DNA of 64,000 bases, from the NCBI GenBank assembly GCA_040954595.2, contig CM082592.2:10982017-11046016 (forward strand), in the 5' to 3' direction. Below are positions 47,700 to 60,150 of the stretch, piece after piece. Source of the stretch: Balanoglossus misakiensis. Taxonomy: Eukaryota > Animalia > Hemichordata. Within the stretch, counting starts at the first letter, position 1. The number at the start of each line of letters is the position of its first letter. Below the pieces are notes generated by a model that was given only the letters and a program-made list of their open reading frames with translations, ran no database searches and was not told where the DNA came from. Made by a program: the position numbers and the translations under genes.

Positions 47700-49466
47700 T
47701 CAGGCTTGCTCCGCTGTCGACAATGTTCCGTAATTTTTGCGACTCCCGCGGGGCACGGACCCCTTCCCCTCTCGAATGCCACTTGGCCAATTGCACGCTA
47801 ACTGACGGTGACCGTTCAGTCCATGGCCGTCTTCTACTGTCTTCAGCTGTCTGCGCAACCCGTCACTTTTCTCCGACAGATGTGAGTCGACGCGTGAAGC
47901 GCTCTCTGTACCCATGGCAACTAAGACTTGATCTCCTGTGCGCGTGATTTCTTTAAGCTCAAATCTATTGCTTGTACTGTCGTTTGAACCAAGATTCCAT
48001 TGAGTTTTGCCAACGTATAGTCTGCACGGTGTTGCTGTCTCCTCTGTTTCTGATTCGGTTATTTGATCTGGCCAGTCTTCCCATGTATCTTTGATCAGCT
48101 TGTAACTCCCGCCATATACTTTTCTCTTCTTGCTCAAGACTGTCATGTTCCAAAAGAACATGGCAAAGTCGAACCTATAGAAAGAGTTACAGAAACCATA
48201 ATGCACGGGGTAGATAAAACCACAATAACTGACATAATCAATCAGTAACAGTTATTCCAGTTGAATAAATTCTTTCCCACGTTTCTTGAGCTGACTATCT
48301 TGTTCATGACTATCTGTCCTTGCCCAAACTTGCATACATCAATAGCAACCCGCGTTAAAGCATTGGCACAACTTCTAATTACTGTATTCTGCTTGTTAAA
48401 CGAAAAACAAAAGTTTAGTTTCTCTTTGTACAGAAAACCGGTTACGTGTGCATGTAGTTTGCCTATGTGTACAAAATATTCCATCGTGGTGTTATGTAAC
48501 ATATCTATTGCAACGCGACTTTAGGTCAAGGCCCTTTCTGAAACAATGGGCGTGGCAGTCCTTGATTACAATGTTACGTAAGCCATGGCAAGCTCCATGC
48601 ATAGACTTGACTTAATGGCGTGCACTCAAAAAAAATATTGTCTTTCATATTGATAATGTATCTGTGTGTAACAACACTCGAAATCTAAAAATGGATTGGC
48701 GATAAAATTACTTGATGAGTGCAAAATTTTAAGTGAAAATTACACGTGTATAGCGCTGAATAGACAACGTGCATATTTACCTAAGGGCGATGGTCGCTGT
48801 CATTCCGACTGCATCAAATACGTTCACTAAGTTCTCATCTTTACCAAAAGCGCTCCACAGTGGTTTGGTGATATAAACTGTCACTAGCATGAACTCCACG
48901 AAATTGGAGAGGCTGGCGAAGAGATAAACGGCCCACGAAAGCAGTCCGATGCAACAGGGTCGACGGGCGTGGTAGATCCACGTCAGTGGGCCTTTCTCGT
49001 TGGCCAGCACCAACAGCAGGAACCAGCCAGTCACTCCAATCGGCAGGAAGAGGTACCTCTCCGGGCGGTGGTGCAAGAAGGAAGAATCTTGCAAGTAGAC
49101 GAAGACGTGGTAAATTATTACTACGATGAGTATAAAGAATCGCTTCAAACACCAACCATACTGGAAGCATTTCAACACCGAGTCCCATCGGCATCTACCA
49201 GTAGGGCAGTAAACATACAACAATGCAACAAAGACTACGACCATTGCAGAGGAACACGGCCCAGCCACCGCCAAGGTTTTCGAGTAATCACTCCATTCTG
49301 TACTATTGGAGAAATCGCACTTGGCATCAGTCTCATCCGTTTCCAGGCAAGTCAATTCTAAAAATAATTGGGCGATTGAGGAAGCGGCTGTCAGGACCAA
49401 AGTGCCAGAAGTCAGTGCCCACAACAGTTTGTAGCATCGCAGTCCCGGAGAATTCTCCTCAGTCAT
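47700..49466 (-). CDS. Uncharacterised multipass membrane protein, family copy 2; exons 49466-48781 and 48174-47700
   Basis: ERYLFLPIGVTGWFLLLVLANEKGPL, ASLSNFVEF, DAVGMTATIALR|FDFAMFFW, VYGGSYKLIKDTWEDW, C-terminal NYGTL. Confidence 0.9.
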
Positions 49467-50565
49467 TTTCGGTAGGTGCCTTTTCGGTAGCTTGTGATTC
49501 CAGTTGTACAGACACTTGTATATCCGTGCTGGTAGATGAGTAAAACGATTTCTCGCTTAGTCCGTCAAGATGAAATTAGTCTGTCCAGCGCTCCCGACTT
49601 TGAAAAAAATACCATGACTAACGCCGCAGTTAAAATGAAGAAATATTCATCCCTTGTTGGCCTGTTCGCCCTCGGGCTTTCAAATGCATTCTTTTTTTCC
49701 CGACCACCTATATCACGTTTCACTGTCACGTTTCCAAAACAGTAGTTGCGTAAGCATGAACTTGACCTCGACTCAACTATTTTAGTGATGGGTGGGGTCG
49801 ATTTATAAGGCTACAAATCTTCAACGGCCCAAATGCGGTCACTCTACAAAATACCATACTTGAACTTTTTTGGCTTCACGGTTTCTGGTTTTATCATGGT
49901 CTCGTCGATCATATTTGCAAAGATCAGCAGAAAATTTACCAGAATCGAATATCCGGGCCAGGCTTAGTAACAGTCACGGTCCCCATTGCATGCATTGTCC
50001 CCATTCAACAGTTAGTCTGAGGTCAATCAGAGGATTGATGCGCGGTAATTAATTGCTATTGTTATGTAAAGTTGCCGTTAATGACTTTGTTTTGAGCCAA
50101 TCTCTTGTGAACTACTGTTGTATCTGTTGGCATACATTAACGTTTACTCTGGGACAACAAAAACTGTTACCGCCTTTGACAAATTCGAATTCGCCCCGAT
50201 GTATCGTAATTTATTCTTCTCCTTTTACAGAGAAGCTGCAACTTCGGTCCCACATACAAAGTACATGACGCCCGCACGCGACGCTGAGACCATAATTGTT
50301 CTTCATTCACAAAACAAGGTTGACGCACGTTGGAGCTATTCAAAGGCATCGGTGACCGCTGACCCCGTACGTTCCCCAACGCGGCGACAGCTAGTCAGGA
50401 ACCGAAACAAGGATGTAAGTTATTTTGTTGTTTGCATATTTCCAATTTTAGAAACCACTAAACGTGGTCATTTACTGATATCTCTGTACTGATATTTACT
50501 GTACACGTTGTACGCCCTCTTGAAAAATATCTGAACGATGATTTCAAAAGAGACCGGTCAAGCGT

Positions 50566-51692
50566 TCAAATTGAAGCAGGTGTGGTCCCTGTACTTCCAT
50601 AACGTGCATGAACTGTTGTTGTCTGCGGTGAAACTGCGTCGGGAATATTTTGCGGTAGCGTCGGCGGTGGCAGCTGCGTGCTACTGTTTGAATTTCTTCT
50701 CTCTTGTCCGCGGGCAGACCGGTCATCATACTCATCCCAGTTGTCCCAACGGTCGCGTAGCAACTTCCTGCTGCCGCCATATTCTTTATTTTTGAGGCTG
50801 AGTATCGCCATGTCAAAGAATTCGATTGTAAAGTCAAACCTGGAAGGGGACAGGAGGCTATTTTCAAATCAACTTGAAATGGATCTACTGTAATTGTATG
50901 ATATTAATTCTATATCTAGTCTTCATTCTGACTCGCCGTTTTAGCCTGTCAGCCTGAAACTATTATTATCGTAGCTTACCTCAAAGCAATAGTCACTGTC
51001 ATTCCCAGTGTGTCATAAACGTGCCCATTTTCCGAAGATATAATCCAAATCGTCTTGGTTATGTAGACAGTGACAATCGCAAACTCTGCCGCGTTTGTCA
51101 AGGAGGCGAAGAGAAACATGAAGAAAGACAAATATTTTGCTAGGCGGCGTTGTAATCCTCTTGCAGCCCAGGTCAGCGGACCGTTCTCATTGGAGATGAC
51201 CAGAAGCAAGAACCAGGTGATCACTCCAAACGGCAAGACTATGTACCGTTCACGCCCGTGGACACGATGCGCAGCGTGTTCGGACGCCGCGTATACATTG
51301 ATGTAATAAGCCACGACAAATGCAAGTGGAAGAACACGCTTCCAGAACCAACTGTAAGTGACCACGGAAAACCAACCCAGACCATCACATGTCCCTCTCG
51401 ATTTATCGCATATCACGTAATAAATAACGCACAGAGTTACCACGACCACCGATAAAACGGGTTCGAAGATCTGAATGTCTGGCGCAAACTTTTCATACAG
51501 CAACGCCGCCGTGTCGTTCGCTTTGGTCACATTGCAATTCACGTTGGCGAAGTCTTGCTTCAAACATTCGATTTCGACGCACACCTCCAGGGAGGCGAAT
51601 AGACCAGCAGCGATCAGCGAAACAGAGAAGAAAATCTCGATTATTAGCAAGAATACACCAAGGCATGTTACAGGCACTAGTATTTCCGCCAT
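50566..51692 (-). CDS. Uncharacterised multipass membrane protein, family copy 3; exons 51692-50980 and 50839-50566
   Basis: ERYIVLPFGVITWFLLLVISNENGPL, ASLTNAAEF, DTLGMTVTIALR|FDFTIEFF, EYGGSRKLLRDRWDNW, C-terminal RYGST. Confidence 0.88.
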
Positions 51693-52241
51693 GCTGTGAT
51701 TTTTTCTGGCTTCCACTGCCGCAGTGTCTGCACACAGTCCCTATATCACAGCCTGAGGGCCGTGGTGTGTGGTTCTTGCACGGTCTTCTTTGTGTGTATC
51801 GTCCGCTCTCATTAGACCGACCGATTACTGTCCTCCACGGAGAGTAAATAGACCCTGGCAGGCAAAGATATGTTTGGAAGGACCGCGGTCCAGGCACGAT
51901 TTACCTGTTTTATCATGATGTAATATGTGGGCATTCACCATTCTCATTCTCATACCACATCTTCACCAAACGATGACAAAATGAAACACTTGTGTGACGA
52001 TGTTTAAGTTTGCAGACGACTATTCCAAGGAGTTTCCAAAACGTAATTTTGCTGATCGACAATAGTCAAAAGTATGAAAAATCGGCAAGTTTACATCAAC
52101 ATGAATTGATTTAATACTTGACGCCCCCACTCATATTGGTTTAACCTCAGGTTGTATTTATTGTGGGTCAATACTGTGGGTGTACCTTTTCAGTCACCTT
52201 TTCATATACGACCGATATGTGTGGGCTAAACACTGGTGATT

Positions 52242-52945
52242 GGAAAATCCCGATGATTCATTCTGCAAACCGATTGGTTGTGCAGTTTCATGACCTGCAT
52301 ACCAATTGAATCTATCCGCCTCCCCAGCGGCATTTTAACAGTGGTGGGATTGGCCAATCAACCATTTTCCTCTATCTCATTTTAAATGTCCCTGTCGCCC
52401 AATGAGCACATTCAGTAGCAGCCACTATTCTGCAAATTTTATGATTTAATTTCAATATTTACTAATTAAAATTGCGACGCTGTGATTCTAACTGCAAGTG
52501 AACGGGGTTGCCATGATTCCCCCTACGATTTTTTAAGAAATCGACCTCCGACAAATTGAGTCATCCTCCTATCGTATTCAACTCGGATGAGATTTCAACC
52601 TTAGGTCAAGTGTTCTTTTTGTGATATACGAATATAATTAGGTGTGTTCAATAAGTCGGTCGGGTGCACAGTCGGGTGTTTGTTCGAATCGAAACTGAAG
52701 GCTCTACTTTCAGTTTTATTTTCACTTTAAAACATGTTTAATCTTGACAATTACAGGAATTTCATGTTCTCAGAATTACCCATGTCTGCCAATACGCATG
52801 CGTTATAACTTTGTGCTATAAAAAAGTACACGTCAACTGTCTGGGAATTTCCCCCAAAGTGAGTGAGTTTCTATTCAGACATGGTATGATGAATTGATGA
52901 TTATCAAAGCAGGCCAGATTGAATCGATCTTGGTTTCGTTTTAAC
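52242..52945. promoter_or_regulatory. Shared divergent promoter of family copies 3 and 4 with NF-kB, AP-1, IRF and GAS motifs
   Basis: GGAAAATCCC 52242, TGAGTCA 52557, GAATCGAAACTGAA 52686, ACTTTCAGTTT/TTTTCACTTT 52706-52728, TTCTCAGAA 52767, GGGAATTTCC 52843. Confidence 0.55.
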
Positions 52946-53055
52946 TACCCCAGGGAGCCTCTTGTAGCGGCATACATATACATGTACGTGTATCGCAATT
53001 AGTGTATATTTAGCCAGTGTGGTACGCAATAGGGTGAATCACTCACATCAGCGCG

Positions 53056-54407
53056 ATGGCCAGGGAACGTGGTTCGAATCCTCGTTGCTACAAACTGCTA
53101 TGCGTTATTACCTGGATACTTCTGTTGATAGCAGCTGGGCTCCTCATCGACGACCTTGTTTTGGAATACATCTGTCTTGATTTGGGAAAATCTTCCGCGA
53201 AGTGTTATTTTAGTGATGAGAAATGGGAAACACTAGCGGAAGTGGCTGAGGTGATTGAACCATGTCTGTCGGTGTCAATTGTAACCGCTGTTCTTGTATT
53301 GTATTGTTGCCGGTTCAAGTGTGAATGTTCATCACTGATTTTGTACCTTTGCAAGTACAGCTACGGCCTGCGACGGTTCCTTCTGCTCGTCTTGGCGATA
53401 GCTTATCTTATATTCGTTTATACCGTAGACACCCTTGTCCAGCGCCATTCGCCAAAAAGGTACATATTCCTAGCCATTGGAGTAACCTCTTGGTTTGTCC
53501 TTTTGCTGGTTGCCAATGAGCTAGGTCCATTATCTTCGATCTACCGTCACAACGGGCTATGTTGCATGGGTTTCCTGTCGTCCACGATTTATTTTTTCGC
53601 CTGTCTGACCAATTTTGCGGAGTTTGTAGTGGTGACCGTGTACCTCACCAAGACCCTGTGGTCAGTCCCCAGTACAGATGAAACTATGGTCAACGTTGCC
53701 GATATACTCGGCATGACGGTTACAATCACGCTGAGGTAAGCTGCTTTAAGTGAAATGTTTATGATAAAAGCAAGCGTGAAATTCTACCACTGCGTCTGAT
53801 GAATATAAACTGATTCTAGTTAGTTCTAGCATACTGCCCCGAGAGTGTAAGAAGTCAACTCTTCAGAAAGAAATTGACAACAAATTCGCAAACCAAGAAC
53901 TTTCTGTTTTGGTAAATTATCTAAATGTTAAATTGTGATATTTGTTGTCGTTATCCAACTTATGCTTCACTACGCATCGTTTCTAACAGACTTGACTATG
54001 CAAGTTGCTTCTGGGAATTGGCGTTTCTTAGCAACCAGAACAAAGTGTATGGAGGCAAATACAAGATACTGACAGATCCCTGGAACGACTGGCAGGAAAG
54101 TACCTCACGTCATGAAGTGACCAATTCCTCGACTCGGTGTGAAGTTCAGGTCGACATGTCTAGATCCTTACCGACAGCAGTTGATAGGCATGCATCGGCG
54201 ATGGCCGACACCGCTGTCATCGGGCAGAGCGAAAGATTCGACAGAGCGTCACCGCAAGCAGCGGCTTCATATAACGACGCAGAGGCTTACGTCGTTCATT
54301 ACTCTCGCCGGGACACCGATGACGTTGACGCGGTTAGCTTTGAAAGAAGTGGACGTTACTCGGACCGTGGAAGTTTCAAAGGCTATGGGAGTTTAAATGA
54401 GATTTGA
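53056..54407 (+). CDS. Uncharacterised multipass membrane protein, family copy 4; exons 53056-53735 and 53990-54407
   Basis: KRYIFLAIGVTSWFVLLLVANELGPL, ACLTNFAEF, DILGMTVTITLR|LDYASCFW, VYGGKYKILTDPWNDW, C-terminal GYGSL; AATAAA at 54639. Confidence 0.9.
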
Positions 54408-55004
54408 ACGCCTTTAATCAAAATTGAATTCACATCATCAGATATGTATGTTGGAAGATCATGTACATGTCTCTACAACCTACTGTATACAGATCTATCT
54501 GCGAATTGGGGATTCCCGGAGACAGTTGGAGTACGGGCTTTTCCCACAAAGCACCACTCAGCTTCATGTGACTACTTACAATGCTGACTACGCATGCGTG
54601 ATTTTGGCAATCAAAGGAACTGTATTTTAAACTGTCCAAATAAAGTTCAGTCACGCCAGTGTTGTCAGGTGTCTAGGTCTGCTTATTTACATCATTTGCA
54701 TAGATGACCGTATATACCTTCAAGACGTACTAGTATTCTATACCTCTACCGCCGTCTTATTTCCTTATAATAGTTCACAAGTACAAAACTGTAACATCAA
54801 AAAACTATAAAAAATAATTTCAATATACGCAGGCTAGAAACTTAAACATACTTTGAAAAGACAAACTTTGAAGGAACTCTGAGGACAACACAATGCGCAA
54901 ACAGAATGTTGGTTGCGTACAGTTATCTCACGGTGACCGTGATTAGCTGTAGAAACATTACAGAGTTCTGAATTCTGTAGAGGCCTTGTTGGTAAAATTC
55001 CCAG

Positions 55005-57736
55005 TTATTTTAAAAACACGAGAACAAGGAAGAGGGAGATCAGCAGAACGATAGAACGTTGTGTGCAGGCACTGGTACCAGAATCGACGTCGTTGCCATT
55101 CAAAGATGACGTTGTTGTTGGTTCCTGCGGTGTATACATCATGAACTTGAACTTAATATGATCTCCTTCGTCGGGAAAGAAACAATCAACTCCTAGAAAA
55201 AGAGGAATGTGTAAGCCGTCATTTCTCGTCAGTTTGAAAATATCTGACGAAGGATTTTGATTGCTAGTAGATTGACTCAATCATTTTCCGCTGTTTGTTT
55301 TTCATGACTGTTTTTATGGAGGTCTCTCCGCCACTGTCCACATTGAATGAACTTACCTTTATCCAGGAATTCATCTTTGTTATAAATTCCCCAGAAGAGG
55401 TTCTGGCCAAAATCACCCCAGACGTCCTGGATGGCCTCGACGTAGTGCCCAAGCCGGGAATACACACTTGTCACAAAGCTACATGATAACAATGAAGTAG
55501 ATTCACTGCACAAATCCTTCTAATAGAAAGACAATGCTTACATGATCCCATGTATGTCACATGGTCTACCCATCAGTCATGTGACCCTATAGACGATCTA
55601 CAACAGATCAGGTGATGGACGTCACATGACCGCGCGTGAACTTAGCGATCGTGCATGCTTGAGGGGACGACAACCAGTATTATTTCGGTTGTGCCGACGA
55701 GTTGTGTCATAATGAAGAGGAATGTATTCCAGAGATCTCGGTTATAACAGAGGAGTGCGATTGCTTACTTGAATTCCTGGTCGGTGTACCTCTCAAGGTC
55801 AATCATGGCTTTATAGAGACTCGTACCAAGATTGACGTAATCCATTGTATACGATCCAAGGACTTTGTCACCCTCAGTTGTGTCGATAACGGTCAACTTG
55901 AAGGAGAAATCTAGGCAAAGGAATAAAGAAAACTTACAGCTTGGGGTACATGTCCCTCCCTCCCCTTTCATTCCTCCCTCCGTCACTCCCTCAATTCTCT
56001 TCCCTCCCCTTTGGTTCTCTCTCTCTCTGGCTGAATTATTCACAACATCGACTCATTTTTTTCTGATACTTACGTTTCATATATTTCCAAATGATGTGAT
56101 CTCCATCCTTCGGATAGTACGAGTCGACCCCTGAGAAGAACATAATAACAAAACGTGGTTAGTTTCATCAAAATTTTAGTTGGATTGGTCATTACACCTT
56201 AAGAAATTAATGTTCTTCGCTAAAGACCACTTTTGAAACAACACGTTAAACTTTTCTGCAGGACGCAACGTGAAGTTGTACATAGATTGATGCGTCAGCA
56301 ATTGAGTTTCCCGACCTTGGCCTTCCCAAAGCTTAGACTCGACCCTGTCCGATTCTGGTCGACTTGAGCGAAAATTGACTGCACCGAGTTCCAACCTCTC
56401 TTCCGTTAAATATAGCGCCCTTTCTCATACCTACCTACATCCGAGAAAAAATTGAAGATGTAGAGTCCCCAGAACTGTTTGCTTTCTCTGTTCTCTGATA
56501 TGCCATTGATAGTTGTGATGTAGTGTCCAAGTCCTTCGTAGTATATAGCTTCGAAACTGATAGCAGAGAAACGTGACATAATGAATATTGAATGTGTCAA
56601 ACCAGTAGAATGTGTGACGTCATTTACGTGGATTTTTCAGACAGCGGTACTGATGTGAGACAATGACAGACACCCTACACCTATACCAGGAACATGGATG
56701 TTTTAGTTTTAAATTCCTCACCTGAATTCAGGATATTTTCTTTCCAGTTTTAACATCGCCTGGTAGAGATTTGTCCCCTCATGGATGTCCACTTCATAGC
56801 TACCCAGTCTCTTGTGTTCTGAAATTTCCTCGAAGACGGTCAGCTTGATGGAGATCCGAGTGCCATTGACTGTATCATTTTGTCCTGTAAAGGAAACCGT
56901 CCACGGTCAAAAGTATTACGTACCGAAAATGATTGACACGCCCCTTATTCCTTCCTGATTGGGTAATCCATGCTGATTGACAGCTCATACCGACAAGGAA
57001 CGATGTCGATGAGACTCGTCGACTGATTGTCTTTTTTTAAAGTTGCAGCTTTGAATTGGTACACAGGTTCTATTTTGGAATGGCAACAGGGGGCGCCATA
57101 ATGTACAACTAACTTGTGCCTCAATGTATCGACGAGCCAAAATGATCCGTCACGTATCACGTGAGGACATCCGGTCATGAATGACGTGAACCCGGACCTC
57201 ATCGAATCAAGAATTTCCATATCCACCATAATCGGACTGCAGGAGCTGCCACCTGTCAGTGTAACTGGTTGCCATCGTAACAGGGACTTCCCATGCAGTT
57301 CTTGCCCACCGCTACGAAACCGGTCCACACCGGATTTCAGTTGTATTGTCCACACAAGAACACTGCCTACCGACTTCGCTTGCCGAACAAGACATGACGC
57401 AATTTTCAACACAATTTTTTATGACATAATTAAGTCCATAGACTCGGGGCAAGTCTACAATTAAAAGCTTATTATATGCTGCGACTAAAGATAGGTGGTC
57501 ATTTCGGTATGGATTCAGTGATGAGGTTTTCTAAATAACAATTCACTTGTACCCAATAACGCCACTTTCCCTAGAAACTCAAAGTGGAAAGTGTGGATAT
57601 TCCCAACGAATTTTACGGCAAAGAATGAAACTTTTCCCTCACCTGGCGTGACTTCATAGGGCAGGGTGACATTTACGGCACAGGAAATATAGGCTACCAA
57701 CAGTGACAATGAGATGAGGCAAAACGTGGACTTCAT
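55005..57736 (-). CDS. Membrane-anchored protein with two tandem transcobalamin C-terminal (beta / DUF4430-like) domains; exons 57736-57643, 56884-56722, 56556-56435, 56130-56074, 55910-55769, 55478-55357, 55192-55005
   Basis: Signal peptide MKSTFCLISLSLLVAYISC. Domain 1: GTNLYQAMLKL..F.F....GLGHYITTINGISEN..KQFWGLY...DVGVDSYYPKDGDHIIWKY. Domain 2: GTSLYKAMIDL..LGHYVEAIQDV..LFWGIY..KGVDCFFPDEGDHIKFKF. Then a S/T spacer and a hydrophobic C-terminus (SIVLLISLFLVLVFLK*). Confidence 0.85.
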
Positions 57737-58797
57737 ATTGGTTGGCTTCGATCAGGAATGACGATTCTTTTTGACATCGGTCTATTTATATTCTTCTAAA
57801 CTTTGTTTGTGTGGAATTGTTTTCTCGACGGCATATATATAAATAGGTGTTTACGTGATCTTTATTCGTCGAAATGCGGAAGACTTGGAAATTGGCCAAA
57901 GAAAGTGACGTTGTTATCTGACACGTGAAAATCCTTACTCATATGTACGAACGGGGGTCAGTGTAGCTTGGCTAACATTGGTGTATGGGGGCGTTCATTT
58001 ATTTTAATATTATAGGGGTAGGTTGGAGATTTTACTTTTACATAATAATTAAGGTGACTCCGTCAACAAGAATTTCAGAGACTTGTCCATTAAACTGTTA
58101 TGGATAACCAAACAACCATCCGAAAATACAGAAATACACCTGATAGCATTATGGCTGACAGTTGAATTGTCAACAAGTGGTTTTTGCTGATAAACAAAAT
58201 TCCGAGCTACAACATGTTTCCCTCCAATACCCGACATCCGTCAACGATTATATAGGTCATAGTTTAATTATTAATCACAGATGCTAAACATAAAAATCCA
58301 CACGGTTTTTGAAGCCGGTTTTTATTAAGATGTCACACATATCTGTAGTTTAAAAGAGTTTAAAATGCGGATACTACTGAAATTAAACCTTGATGTTGAA
58401 AAGGGGGTGAATGGTAATATCTTGGAGCATGTTTAAGAATTGGCGATAAGTAAACGAAAGAATGACTCATGAGTTTTGATCCAAGCATGGGGCCGACATA
58501 TGAAGTTTCCTGTCACCTGACCCATCCGGGTCCTTTTAAGTTCACCACATTCCGCCAGAGCATGCGCAGGAGATCATGGCAACAGTCATTCAATTTCAAT
58601 ATCTGAGTAACTTTGCAGCGGCAATGCGGATAACATATTGAATTTCTCCGAAAAGTAGTGGCAAACAAACTTTGGGGCGTGAGAGAAGGAAATCGCACCA
58701 TTTCGGTAAAATATAACAGCGCGTTGCAGATAGCAACTGACAGCTCCACCCAAGCGCCATCAAAGCTAACGTCTGAAGCCAACTGAACATCAGAACG

Positions 58798-59304
58798 ATG
58801 AAATTTAACGTCTCCATCGGTATCCTCGTGTTGATCACTGCCGCCTGCAGTACGACGGCAAGTGTATGCGGTAAGAATGCTTGTCCTACATCATGTTTTG
58901 AAGTAAATGTTAGATATTTGCTTTGTAAGGTTGCTCTTTTGGGGATCAAAGGGTGTGCATCATAAATCGTGGCTACATGCAGAATCGGTATTTACATCTG
59001 GATCGATACTTTCTTCTGGCATATCAGACCCTCTTTCTGTCTCAGCACTTGCTGCAATGCAACACTTCACATTATCGTTACCCGTTTTTTATCATAACCC
59101 TGTCAATGCCATAGTCAATCATTCAAAAAATGAACCCACATTTTCCATTTTTCTAAACATCTTTCGAGTCGGGAGTCAAACTGACACGCGTCAGTTTCCT
59201 GATGGTAAATGCTTCCTCTTGATAAGCGTTAACCCGGCAAATGAGACATTTCCTTATACACGTCACAACACTGATTGTCATCCTGATCTGGAGCACCGAT
59301 ATAG

Positions 59305-59367
<63 letters not shown>

Positions 59368-60126
59368 CCCCCCCCCTCTCTCTCTCTCTCTCTCTCAGGA
59401 CCAGACGCGGGTGAAAATTTGCAAATAGCTTCTGCGCAAGCCTATAAGAAGGCCGTTGATTGGCTTATGTCGCAACAGAACAAACGGTACGGTTGGGATA
59501 GGGTCACACCACGCGTTGTGATGTCACTTCAGGCGAGCCAGGACAATCAGTGGATTACTGACGAAGATCTGGTTAGTCAACTGACCGTAAAGGAAATGGA
59601 GATCGAGCTGTTGGCAGCACTCAGTAATAAACCATGGTACGCTTCATGCTCGATAACGTAGCCTAACTTTTGTTTTAACGAAATTTAATAGAAAGGTGCA
59701 GATCATGGAGCTTTAATATTAAAGACACAAGTCGCGACCATTACACAATAAGCGATATACAGAATAAAGTCAAGTGATTCTCAATTATCTTCCGCGGAAA
59801 GATTATTGATTCTTATACAGTCATATAATTTATTTCTAGCGAGAACTCCCGCTCACCACGCGACCCACTCTCGGCCGGAAGATTGGCCTATCCCATCATG
59901 GCACTTCACAGTGCCTGTCGTGACGTCACCGACTTCCACGAACACGACTTGATCAATCTTATCAATCATAAAATTAGGAAGTTTCCAGAGGGAGATTTCA
60001 ACCACTTTTTCCAGTATGGCTTCGCAGTGATGGCGCTCTGCACCACTGGTAGTGAGATAAGCCAGGACTACATCGATGAAATACGGAATGGACAGAATGA
60101 CGATGGAGGTTTCACTTTAGGAACGG
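58798..60126 (+). CDS. Transcobalamin / intrinsic factor / haptocorrin family protein (alpha domain), first three exons 58798-58870, 59399-59636, 59840-60126; continues past the window
   Basis: Signal peptide MKFNVSIGILVLITAACS; AVDWL..Q..GW..TPRVVMSL; LSAGRLAYPIMALHSACRD; NHFFQYGFAVMALC (cf. transcobalamin GQLALYLLAL..C and YYQYGLGILALC); QNDDGGF. Confidence 0.88.
59305..59397 (+). repeat. (CT)n microsatellite forming the polypyrimidine tract of the exon 2 acceptor
   Basis: About 90 nt of CT dinucleotides ending in ...tctctcAG at 59398. Confidence 0.9.
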
Positions 60127-60150
60127 GTATATCAGCCTTTGTACCATTGT

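Noticed and set aside
32626-54407. The multipass family as GPCRs
   Set aside because: About six hydrophobic segments by eye and no DRY, NPxxY or secretin-family signatures; a remote relationship cannot be excluded without a structure search.
58907-59428. 173-aa ORF with SL repeats
   Set aside because: Intron 1 of the transcobalamin-like gene; the SL run is the (CT)n microsatellite.
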